A stretch of 64,000 nucleotides of DNA from contig OX442314.1 of assembly GCA_949358305.1 (NCBI GenBank), positions 14,508,001 to 14,572,000 of the forward strand. The letters run 5' to 3'. The DNA comes from Strigamia acuminata. Taxonomy: Eukaryota. Positions 36,401 to 48,779 of this stretch are shown piece after piece (the stretch's first letter is position 1; the number at the start of each line of letters is the position of its first letter). Both the position numbers and the translations under genes were made by a program. The notes beneath the pieces were generated by a model. That model worked only from the letters and a program-made list of their open reading frames with translations. It ran no database searches and had not been told where the DNA came from.

Positions 36401-38926
36401 GTTGATATGTTGCGTAGCTATATAACAATGATATTCGGTTGTGTGTTTGTTGTGTCTCAAAAGGAATAAAAATGGATTGAAAATTTATCTTGTTTTTCTT
36501 GTTTTTCTTGTCAAAAAAGCGCATACTTTTTGGGGATTTGGAAAATTTCAGACAATTTGAGGGAAATGAATGGTCTGGACGTGAAAGAAACGTCGCGACG
36601 ACTAGTTTCTTTATAATCACAGATTTTCTACATTCCTTCATATTTGCCGGTTTCCAAGATATTGTGTAAAGTTTGTCTTGAGCTTTTCAAACAGATTTCT
36701 AGGTGAAATGACATGGCAGCTCTGTGTGTGCTGATGGCGCTGGATTCCCAGTGAATTTTTGAATGCTTTCAATTTCATGCGTCGTCTTGTGTAAACACTT
36801 GACAAGTAAACTGGATTCGATTGCAATTGCAACTCATCCAACCATTAATTTGAGTTGGAGGGTTCGGGTTATACTGAAATTGGAATTTCCGGTTCTAGTT
36901 TACTAAACTGTTAATTAAAGCGCGAGAAAAATGATTAAGATTGGTATGAAGAAAATGAATGACGGCGAGCTGATGGGAAAAAAAGAAATGATAGGAAGTG
37001 GTCTGTTGTCTGGCTTTTTTTTTGTATTGGAAATTATTGGAAGTAATATTTAGAGTCTGTGAAAGTGACATTGCAGGTGGGAAATGTATTTGGTTCATTG
37101 AAAGGTTGTGGGAAACGGTAGGAAAATGCGTTTATTGAGTTTTCTAGGGTATTGTATGTTTTATGTTTGACTGGTTTTTAGAGTACTGTGTGGAGTAGAG
37201 GGCAATTGCGTTGTGTGGGGTTGTAACGGTTTTGGTTGAGGTAATTGCTGGTTATATTCATACAGAGGATTTTTATAATTGCCCCACTAGTCGACAGGTG
37301 GCTTTTTTTGGAGTTTGCAAAATTAGGGTTAGGTTTAAGTCTTTTTTTTCTTCTTTTTTTCTTTTTTTTGTATATTCTAATCTGAAGGTTTTTCACTGTT
37401 TTTCATTGAAGTTTTTGAAGTTCTGAGCAACTTCTTTTACAAAGTTGGCTTTGTAAAGTGAAAAAGTAATTAAAGATTGCTAAGTTTTGAATGTTGTTTT
37501 GAAATTTTTTGAATATATAAATAAATGCAAATGAGGTGTTTATTTTCCTCTTTCAAGTGGCAACAGCTGCGTTTAGGATAGCAAAGTGGGGCAAAAATAT
37601 GGGTAAAATACATGTTTTAATTTGAAGGAAGGAAATTAAAAACTTAATAACAACAACAACTTTTTATTTTTTTAAATTTTTTTATACGAAGATTTTATAT
37701 TTTAATAACTTAAATTTGAATAAAAGCGGAAGTATGTTTTTAATTTTTGCCGTTCAAGGATTTTTCAATATGTTGAGAAATTAAAATACACCCATTACAT
37801 TACATTACCCCTGTTGTAGGCCTAAATTAATGTCAATCTGTAGGAGCAAACACCGGGCTTTAAGTGCACCTTTTTAGCTGAATATACGAACTGTGGCGAT
37901 GATTAGTGGCACCCAGCTTCTACTTATTAATCATCGCGAGTAGTTTTCACTATGCAAATAAAGGGTTAGAGACCTCGTTGTCATGACAATGATGAAAATG
38001 GAAAATTGTTGTGTTTGTCTACTTTGTGCTTCTCTCCACCCTGAATTCCTTTTGTTGCTTTTAATTACGATTTTTTTTAAAATTTTGTTTTGGTTTATGG
38101 TAATGCGAGCGTTAAAATCTCATGGGCGTGGTATTCACAACGTATATGAAGTTAGTTTAATGAGTAATTCGTGGTAATAAAAGAGTTGAAATGAAAGGTT
38201 GTTGGTCTCCGATTACATACGGCTGCTGTCTTTTCTGTTCTGGATCGATGAGTGGGCGCTGTCCATTCGGCCGCTGACTTCATTCGGAGGGTGAGTTCAG
38301 AGGTCAAGATCGATGTATGGCGTATTTCTACTTATCGGTTGTTTATTTTGTTTTAATTTATGTATTTTTTTTTTATTTTTTCCGTCTGGATTTTTTGTTT
38401 TGTTTTTGAAATTAATTGAATATCGTGGTGCCCGATTTTGTTTATCAACGCATGAACTTATGGGGCATTAGCAGTAGGCGTATCGTAAAAAGCAAGATAA
38501 AAATAAATTGCGAAATCTGTGAACGGCAGCACACGCTTAATCAGAAGGGGTTAAAAGGATGGTGGGGTGGGGGTGGGGAAGCAAGTTTGCACGAGTGGTT
38601 TTTAAGATGCGAGATTATTTGCCAACGTGATTGAAGGTGGTCCAAATAACTCACGAGGCAGGTTGTAGGCAAACACACTTGGCAGGTCTTATCCTTTTCA
38701 TTAGTTCCTATCTAGATCGGCAGAGGACGCCGACACCAGGCGGCAGATGGCGTTATTTTGCTCGCAATAAACTACAACGTCCCTTTCCTTACAGTCGTGT
38801 TTCACTCACTTTGGATATGTTTATAATCTTGCACCAACTCTTGCAAAATGCACCGGGAAAAATGGACACATTTAATCTGTCATTAAATAAAAGTTATGTA
38901 TTATGGCGATTTTGGAATTGAGAGTA

Positions 38927-39110
38927 CAGTCGAAACTCTTTATAACGAATTGCAAGGGATCTAAAAAATCGATTTGTTATAACGAGAATTCGTTATATTG
39001 AATTTTTTTAACATTGTGTTCTATGGCCAGCCAACCAAACCGGCCATTTTTAGGTATTCGTTATATCGATAATTCGTTATATCGCGATTCGTTATAAAGA
39101 TTTTCGACTG
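38927..39110. mobile_element. 184-bp pogo/Tigger-like MITE, copy 2
   Basis: Same length, orientation, TIRs (CAGTCGAAA...TTTCGACTG), TA flanks and internal TGTTCTATGGCCAGCCAACCAAACC as copy 1. Confidence 0.88.
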
Positions 39111-41324
39111 TATTCAAATTATTGCAATGAAGGAGAGTTACTACTGTCATTAGGGTTTGTTGGGTTTGTATTTTGATACGTGGAAGGAATTTTGTTTTTG
39201 GTGTGTGGGCTCAAATTATTTTGGGGGTTTTTGTGTGAATTTGAGAACGTTTAGTGCGGTTTTGTTTTGTTTAAAAATAGTAGGGTGACTAAATACCAAC
39301 ATACCACAATAGACAAACCTATTGCAATGTAAGAACCCGAACTAATTACGGTGTCACTGATTTCCTGAGATCCTTTTACTTCGTGTAACCGACGAAACCG
39401 AAACTGTGTTGTGTTTTTCATCAATTCATCAAGGGGAACTAAAAATAATTTTACAACGTGCCAATCTTGTTTGAGTGAATTTGAGCTTGGTAATGAACAC
39501 CTTTTATTACTAGGTTTTAATTACACCTGTAATAAAATGTGATAAAAGCGAAATATCAGTTTTATTATACTTGGATTATAGAAATTTTTTTATGAAATTT
39601 TCTTTTTTCATAAAATAAGAAAAAAAATTTTTTTGTTAGATGTGCGTGCGTAAGTATTTTTTCTTTCTTCTTTTTGTGCTCACTCTCCCTTTCACCCTGA
39701 CCGGAAACTATTTTTCACGACACCCACAATGGAGTTTGGACGCGCGTCATGGCACCCGTGAGAGTGAGCGGCTGAGAATTATCTGTGCTGGAATAAATTG
39801 GGGAAGGTGACTTGACTCGAAAATGATAAAAAGAAGATAGAAAAAGATTGGTGTGGGGATTCAAACGTTGTCTCTTTTATTATTATCTTATTTCTCCGTT
39901 TCGGTTTCGGTTTCCACAAACTTTGTGGAAAATTAAATTGGTTTTTTCACGTACGTGTTCGATTCTCTAAGGAAATTCCAAGTTTTTAATCGAAAATCAC
40001 CAGTTTTTTTGTTTTTTGCCTCTTCGTACATCCCCCTCACCTTCCTTGAGACCACTGTGGGAGATATATAGGCCCCATCTTGTGCGAAGTACATTGTTTA
40101 TTGTCTTACAAAGCTTACAATTGTTATTACGCGGAGCACATGTTACAAATCACTCTGAACCCAAAGACAAATGATGTTTTTCTTGCGGGTTATAACCAGA
40201 AGAAAATAAACTTTGAGTTTTCAATAATCCAATATGATATGATCCACATTGCTTTTATTGTTTATTTATTTTTTTGACTGAAAAAAAAAATAAAATTAAA
40301 ATTGTTCTCCTTTAATTCGTTGATTATTTCCTGGATTCCGATTGTTGCAGAGTTGATTGTACAGTCCAATTTTCGACTCATTGTTTGCTAGTCCATGCAA
40401 TATTTATATATGAGGGTAATCATGAGTGCTGGACGACCATTACACGGTATCACCAAGCGGAGGATGTCTTTAAGCCAGCTGAGTAAATGGAGTGAGGCTC
40501 GGTCGAGACATTTAATTGGTTTGGTGATCAAATGTAAAGCCGGGAGGCCGTGGGAATCGAGTGGACGTTAATCGAGTTTATATCATTGTATTTTTGGACA
40601 GTTTTCCTTGTGTTTGAATCTTCCTTGTGAAATTATGGTAGGAAATTAGTAAATTGGCTTTAATTTTCGTATTGTTCAAATAGAAAACGTTGCGGCGATG
40701 AAATAAAGTTGATAAACCGACATTGCAAAATAGCGACTCTCTTAGGACCCAAATCACGTGCGTTCATTTGAAATGTGAACTCTATTCACTCGATTAAGAA
40801 CCAGGTAATGACCGTCGCAAATACAATCGAATCGTATGATTTATATCAGACCCGTTTTTAAAATTAATTTAATTCTTTCATTCCGGTTTCATTTCATCTG
40901 CCATACAATCCATTCGGGTGAGTGTATAAATATGCGGAAACAAATTACAGCTTGAATTCACGCAACACGAAATTATTTCTACTCGTATAATACAACCGAA
41001 CTAAAATCTTTTGCTAAGATTGCACTTAAACATGCATGCTTCGTATTACCTTTGATGAACAGGTCTAACGGGTTTATGAGAAATTATAATTACGTCAGAG
41101 GAAGTACGCTTGTAAGCATTATGCGCAAGAGGAACCAAAAAAAGGGGGAACTCCTGTAATAACCCTTTAAAGGACAGACAAAGGATTTCGCCAAGGGTTT
41201 TTTTTATTGGTGTAAGTTTAGTTTATGGGACAATTGTCTTATTTACATTTATTTACAACGTTTACATGGGTAATTTTATAAAAAAGTGTTAAAAATTTGT
41301 AAATTTTTAGTGAATGTGTGTTTA

Positions 41325-42655
41325 CTAGTCAAATTCATATATCCTCATACTCCTGTGAAAGTGATAGAAGTAAAATATTTGGATCGACCTCAAATTAAAT
41401 CTAGTTTTAATCAAATCTTGAAATTTTAAGCAGTTAAATAGATACATCTGAAGAAAGTATAAACAAAATTTCATGCCAATCGAGCTTGAATTAATAAAAA
41501 TAGAAGCATATTTCAAAGTAACATTTGATTCATATATCCTCATACCAGCTTGCACATGGTACAAATATCTTCATACTCTGTATTTTAATGTAAAAATATT
41601 TACATTCACAAAATAGTTTTATGTAAATATGATCTTGCTAGTAAGAATAGCATAAAACCTTTCAATTATAGATATTTTGTCAGTAAAATGTCTCCAAAAA
41701 AGGCTGTTGTGAGCGCTGAAACATGACTGTATTGGACAAGTTGCACATTGACCTGGGTATTTTCCTTTTAAAACTTATAGTATTCCCTTTAAGAACAGCA
41801 GTATGTTCTTGATTTCATCTTTTATCATACTGCTACTGGTTAGCGAGTTCATATGACCACTGAAAAAACCTGATATCTGGTTTATCAAGGCCTGAAAATT
41901 TCACCCATATGTGCCACAGAACCGCCACTCAATTTTTCACCTGTTTGCACATCATCATCAACTTCCAGTCATGCCAATTGCTTCTCCTACATCTAAATTA
42001 AGTTATTTTAATGCAAAAATGTGACAAAGTACATTAACACATCTAGAACATTGTTTTTCATATGATGATCAAATGCTCAATTTTTATTTTTCTCTGCCAC
42101 TGGTGCTTTGTAATTGTAAGACACATAAAAATAGTACAAGACGTGCCCAAAAGCTGTATTATATCTGACATTTTACCTGCTACTAGCCTAGCACATGTTA
42201 CCAGGGCACAAATGTCATTTAGTTCTGATCAATGTGCAACTTGTCCAAAACAGTCATGTTTCAGCGCTCACAACAGCCTTTTTTGGAGACATTTTACTGA
42301 CAAAATATCTATAATTGAAAGATTTTATGCTATTCTTACTAGCAAGATCATATTTACATAAAACTATTTTGTGAATGTAAATATTTTTACATTAAAATAC
42401 AGAGTATGAAGATATTTGTACCATGTGCAAGCTGGTATGAGAATATATGAATCAAATGTTACTTTGAAATATGCTTCTATTTTTATTAATTCAAGCCCGA
42501 TTGCCATGAAATTTTGTTTATACTTTCTTCAGATGTATCTATTTAACTGCTTAAAATTTCAAGATTTGATTAAAACTAGATTTAATTTGAGGTTGATCCG
42601 AATATTTTACTTTTATCAGTTTCACAGGAGTATGAGGATATATGGATTTGACTAG
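41325..42655. mobile_element. Non-autonomous DNA transposon with 427-bp terminal inverted repeats (TA target, Tc1/mariner-like)
   Basis: 41325-41751 is the reverse complement of 42229-42655 with about 10 mismatches by eye; TA on both flanks (41323-24, 42656-57); 477-bp spacer with no recognisable transposase. Confidence 0.88.
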
Positions 42656-45600
42656 TATATGTTAAATTAGAAGACGATTTTAGTCATTTTAAGCATGTTT
42701 GGCGCATGAAATCGAGATTTTTATTCATTTTTCTTGAAAAGTAGTAAATGTCGAGTTTCAGTGGCCGAAAGCTTTTTCCTCAGTAGGTGTAGGCCATAAA
42801 TGGCATGAGAAAGACCAGATTGAGTCCATCCATTAGGGTTCTGTTTTTGATCGCATGATGAGGTGGTATTAAGCAACACGTGGTGTAAACCACCTTGGGT
42901 TTCTAGTTTCTTATCTGCAATATTTCTGCTTTGAAAATTTCCGTTAGGAAAGTGTGGGTGGCATCGGAATGTGGGGTGATATAGTGGGGGAAAGATAAAG
43001 ACAGTTAGATTGGGTACACATTTACTTTTGCTCACGTTTGATGGTCTTCTTTAATAGGAGTTGTTTGGTGTGCACACACTCGCGTGTTTATGTTTTGTTA
43101 TGCTTAGATACTGTGAAGGGATTTTAGGATATGTAAATGAGTGTCTAATCTTCCTGTAAGTGCAGCTGGAGTTAAGTAACTCATGTGAGACAGATGATAT
43201 AATAGTGACCGTGAGCAAAGTCATTCATTTTATTGCATTCAGATACACAGACACACTTTTTTCTTTCTTTTCCTTTTCATTTCGGAACTCCAAATGAGTG
43301 AATACGCGTGAAATGAATACGATTACACAGACGTGACCGTATCCACTCTTGACGGGGGTTGTTTTAAGAGTAATAACTACACATTGAGTGCAGTCATGTG
43401 CAATTAGTTGGACACTGGTCGTACCCAGATCTTTTGTTTCATTTCTTCGAGGTGCGGGTGCTAGAAAAAAGTGAAATGTTGAAATATATGGAGGTATAAG
43501 TTGAAAATTCCAGTTCCCATCCAAGGATCCTTGACGAGGATGCACCCACCTTTCTTTCTTTCTTTCTTCTAATCCGCGCTTATAGTGAAGTACGGTGCGC
43601 ATCCGGTCACATCAGAAGATGAAGCAAAGTCTTGAGATCTATGTCTCGTTTGTCTCAATAAAATTCTTCACGGTCAAGAGCGACAATTGCTTCTTTTGTC
43701 CGTCGACCGAGGTGTCGGAATTGGTTAGAAGAGGAAGAAAAAAAACCATCTGTTGATTTCGTAGTGGATCCAATCAGGAAAAGAGATTTATTTAGCTAAT
43801 TTTACTCTCTTCAACATCTCCCTTGTCACATCTCCTCCCCCAATTTGGCTCTGGTCAGCTGCTCTTGCTCTCATCAGAGGTCTCTGGGGAACATATGGTT
43901 AGTACCTGGGCATAGGGGTTAGAAGAAGATGAGTTCTAACGGTTTTTTTTAACTTGATGAATTGTCTGATGTGGAAAATGGATTATCTCCAAAAGTATTT
44001 TTTTTATGGGGGTTTAAAAATTAGTTCTTGCTCTTCTCTTCCCCACTTTTCACGCCATGTTTTGAAGAAAGTCTCCGGGTGGAAATCGAAACACTTAAAT
44101 CGAAAAACGTGGTCTTAGAAATGACTGTCTGAGAAGTGATATTCGAAGAAGTGACTCTACCTCCTTTTTGTGTGTGGTAACAAGTTGAGAATGACGACAG
44201 TTTGGTTTTCGTCTTTTTTTAAAGTTGGGAATGTGGGGGTACCTTGAATGCGAGTGTCATTATAGTGGCACCACATGGCGTCCATGTTTATTCCCAACCT
44301 GATTAATTTGTCCATGTAAACGGTGGGCAAACATAAACAAAGGGATGATGTGATACGACTAAAAGGGAAGAAAAATATGATGATAATAGGAAGGGCTCCT
44401 CCCACATCAATATTTACCCAGAGAGCGCTTTTATTTGAATGGATGGAATTAATTTGATGGATCACCTGAGACCGTTTGTCCTAACAAATTGCTGCGTTTT
44501 CACTTCCGTTTGTGCTGAACGTTTTGGGTAACTGCATGGACGCTGACGTGATGGTCCTGCGTCCGGACTGACTCAATTAAGTGTGTGAATGAACATGGTC
44601 TGAAAGGAAGTTAGTGCTTCCTTTGACTAAATGAGAAGCAGAAAGTTTGTTGGAGGCGGATCTTCAATCTCAGTGTCGTGGGAAGACACTTGGGTTGATA
44701 GTAAATTTAAAAATAAACCACATTTGGACCGTGATTGTGACGATTTTGGCGATTCCACTCTAATCACATTGTTACAATAACAGGAAAAAAACGCAAAATT
44801 GACTAATTGAACTCCTGAAGGTGGGTTCACACTTGGAAGTAAAGTAAAGTAAACAACGAAGAAGTAGAAGTAAGGTGTCGATATCAAGCAATGCATAAAC
44901 ATCGTGCATTTATCGTTTTTCGCAGACAAAATTAATATTTTTTTATGATGAGATGGAAGTTGCATCTTGGGCGGATATGAATCAAATTGACACAAGGCAC
45001 ATGTGTCTCCCTTACAATTTTTTTGAGTCTTGTCATAATTTTTGATGGCAAGTCATGCTGTGCGTGTATATGAGGTGAGCAGACGAGGAGGGAAAGGGAA
45101 AACGTATGTGTGTGTGTGAGTGTGTGTATGTGAAACAGGTTCCCCTCCTTCACGTGGTAAGAAAAACCCCTTCCTTATATCGCCTGAGCAGCAGCTGCCT
45201 TCCTTCCTGTGAACATCAGCTGCTCTTCTTGCAGTTCCAGCTGCTGCCACTCTACTACACAAGGGACAAGTTTGACTATCAGCTCCACAAGCAGACACAA
45301 AGTCGCCAATCTAAGACCAAGTGGTCCATTTAAAAAAAATTGCAATAAAAAGAAAAGTGATTTCCGTTTTTCGTCTCATTTTCTTTGCGTGAATTCATTG
45401 GGATGAACGAGAGGAGCAGTGACCGTTGGAATGACTGATGGCCACTTGCGATAAGGCTGCGCTCATTAACGTGGTGTGGAGCAACGCGTGATCACTGACC
45501 ACGGTCGGAGTGTTCATCCGGTCATCTTCTCCCCACCCCACTCAATTTTTTTTAATGTCATTCATTTTTCTCGACTCACCTCTGTAAACATGGCAAGGAT

Positions 45601-46093
45601 GCAGGTGATAGTGAAATTCGAAATTGTGTACTCATTCATGGTAAAGTATGTGTAAGGTGCTTTGACATTAAGAATTAAAAGAAGGAAAAAATTGGAGTCA
45701 AGTGAATTAGATTCTAAAAAGAGAAAAAAGTAAATTGGTTTGCACAATTAAGGTCACTAGGTAGCGTTTGAGTGTTGCGTGTTCATCGAACATGAACTTG
45801 AACTTGAAGCTTACACACAGGATATTCTTAATTAAATAAGACAAAAGGATTTCAACCTCATCCACACCTTGATTCTTTTTTCTCTTCGTTTTATTTGCAC
45901 GCAAAGATGGTATTTTATATATAAATATTTATATATTTAATATCTCCTTTTAACTCTCACTTGGGCAATGTGCAACTGTGTCAGTTATGGATATAATTTT
46001 AGAAATTTGACATTAAAAAAATAAATGAAGACTGAATTCATTTATATATTTTTTTAAAGTTTAGTGGCTCATCTTTTGACTAGTGGCTGCTCC

Positions 46094-47025
46094 CAGCTGT
46101 CTCCTTCTCAACTTTTCCTTCCCCCTCTTTCCTCATCACCTACCCACCAGAGCTAACACACCACCTGGTGTACGAGGGGTATATACACAAACTCCATCTT
46201 ACAAACTCCTCACCATCTGCAGTCTTTCTTCACTCAGTTTCATTTTCGCTTTAAGAAAACCTTAATTTCTCTCGATAATCTTGTCGAAAAACAAACTATT
46301 TCCATCAATATCTTAATACAAACTTGCAGACCTCCCCATACCCATATCTCCTGAGCCCGCGGTATCACCTGGTGGCAGGATACGCTGCAGGTTGGCCACC
46401 TGGATCTTTGAGGGGATGTTCGCGCGTCCCCAGGTGTGCAGATGTAAGGATTTAGAGGATGTGTGCTTGAAACGCACGACTGTGTAAACGCAATCCTTTA
46501 GGCATCAAGAAATGCTTCTTACATACAGTAGTAAGAAACAGTATAAATATAAATGGGTTCTAATGAAAATTAGATTAATTTAAAACCAACCCTGTGGCGA
46601 AATGCACTTTCTCGTTTAATACACATAAATCTTAGGAGAAAAAAACGTAAACATTAACATAAGTAGTGAAGGAATGATGCATTGGTCGCCATCTGCATCG
46701 CCATGCAGTCAGTGCGCACAGAGGATGTCCTTCCTCTCTTTCTCTCTCTCTTTTTTTTGGTAGGTGCTTCTATATGTTGAATCAGTGGTGCATGGATGAA
46801 AAGACTGATGAACAGTGGCGGGTGTAGCGAGGTGCGGCACGTGGCAGCTGCTCACCTAACCACCTTGTCCTTTTAGCCATGCCCCTCTCTCTTCTTGGTC
46901 CAGAACCAGAAGGAGGGACCTGATCCTATTATTAAAGGTGAGCAAGAAACGAGTGAAGGGTGGTAGGTTTTTGGGTGGCACGCGCCAGCTGTCCTCTCAA
47001 CTCAGGAAGTGGCACGTGCCATCTG
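46094..47025. promoter_or_regulatory. Candidate bHLH-dependent enhancer (E-boxes plus Hes/E(spl) sites) in the FAM120 large intron
   Basis: E-boxes at 46094, 46162, 46214, 46366, 46397, 46431, 46439, 46845, 46986, 47020; TGGCACGCGCCA at 46976 and palindromic TGGCACGTGCCA at 47010. Confidence 0.55.
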
Positions 47026-48751
47026 GTTTCCTCTGGGAGACGGGCCCTGTCATGCAAAGTTTGGTCCAATTGCAAAACCACCTCTCGTACTCGTTGGTTT
47101 GCTGGGTTTTTGGGTGAAAGTTCACTCGCGAGTTGCCAGATGGTTGCAAACACCGGATGCCTGACATGCAGAAGTACTATATATGCGTTTTCCCACTCGA
47201 TTGGTCTGTTCCGAGCAAGTTGTTGATACCTGGTTAAATATTTACCTCGGTTTGTCCCAACGGCTTTATCGGGTTAAGTAGGTTTTAATGAAATGCGACA
47301 CGTTGTGTATACTTGTATCGCGCTCGAAACTCGTGTTTGGGCTTTTAAGGAAATGTTATATGGAGTTGTCAATGAGTTTGTCTCTCGAGAGGTTTGGCTC
47401 GGCGGGTTTTTAAATGTTGTTTGGGGGTTTTAAATTTCACTTTGGTTTTTTTTTTTTTTATTCTTTGTGGGTTTGCTCTTTTTTGTGCGTGGGTGGTGTT
47501 GAAACTTGAAATGTACAAAAGGGGGAAAGTAGCACCTGGTTAAGGTGAACTAAAACTCGATCTCCATGAGGGGTTAAAGGTTATTTTGACTTGATTTGCC
47601 GTCTGGTTGAGCAGTAAAACTGCGCAGCTGCAATTTTTTGGTTCCACTTAAATTTTTTTGAGTTTAATTGACGGTTGCTGAACAGATGTGAAATTTGTTC
47701 CATTTTTTAGAAGATTTTTAAAATTTTTTTTATTTGTTTTTATTACATAATTTCTCTTTTTTTTTTTAACATAAAATTTTATAATCAACTTGTTTACATT
47801 CTATTCGGATGGTGCGGTATCCTCAAAAACACGTTGTACGACAGAATTAGTCGCGCTCTTCACCCACTTCTAAGGTCCACTCTTCTTTTCTTCTCCCCTC
47901 TCTCTTTCTTAGATACTTTTCTTAAGAAACCATTTCAATAGTAGTATAAGGCCCCAGGCCAGGCACGAGCCATCAGAACCCCACCTTCTTTCATTCATAC
48001 ATCTCAAAGTTGTTTATATACAAATAGGTGCCTCGAAGCATGGTTTTTTATTATTATTATTCGCAATATTGTAAACAGTGCAATTTACAGCATCGGCATT
48101 GAAAACGAAACTCAGACTCATTTACAAAAGTAAGGTTCATATTGTAGAAATAAGAGCATTAGATTTTACAACTTTTACTTTACCCCTCTTTTCTTCTTCG
48201 TCAATAAAAAAAAAATAGATTTGAAGGTCAAGTGTGACTTATGCCTTGTCCAACAACGAATTTGTGATATTGACCTCATTTAGTCCGAAATGAAAATTGC
48301 ACTTTTGTCATCCAATGGCCCCAATAATACTAAATGAACCAGCAATATTGCTGCATTTGGGCAAATGGACTTTGGCGATTCTTTCATGCGACATTATTTA
48401 CCACAATTGAGGTCACGTGTGTGACCGGAAAATTATTTTTTACTTGAAAATTATCGGAAAAAAAAATATTTTTTTATTTTTTTATTTTCAATGGAATATT
48501 TGATTAATTTATTGAACTTTTTCTTGACACATTTCGAGGTTAGTTGTTCGCTAAAAGGGGTGCATAGGAAATCAGACGATCGGGAGGTGTAACGGAAGTA
48601 AATTGGACTGGGTGTGGAGAAGAGGGGGTTGAAGAGGACGCGATGGTTTAAATCTCCTTCACCTGGTGCCTTGGTGGAGAGGAAGGAAGCAGATTGGCAT
48701 ATGAATGGAAACGAGGCAAGTTGAAAGGCTTTTTAGACCAGTTTGGTCGGA

Positions 48752-48779
48752 GCAAAGCAAAGCAAGGCAAAGCAAAGCA
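48752..48779. repeat. (GCAAA)n pentanucleotide microsatellite
   Basis: gcaaa gcaaa gcaag gcaaa gcaaa gca. Confidence 0.7.

Noticed and set aside
41325..42655. Two near-identical 79-aa ORFs on opposite strands (41325-41564 minus, 42416-42655 plus)
   Set aside because: They are the two arms of the inverted repeat, start at GTG and show no protein motif.
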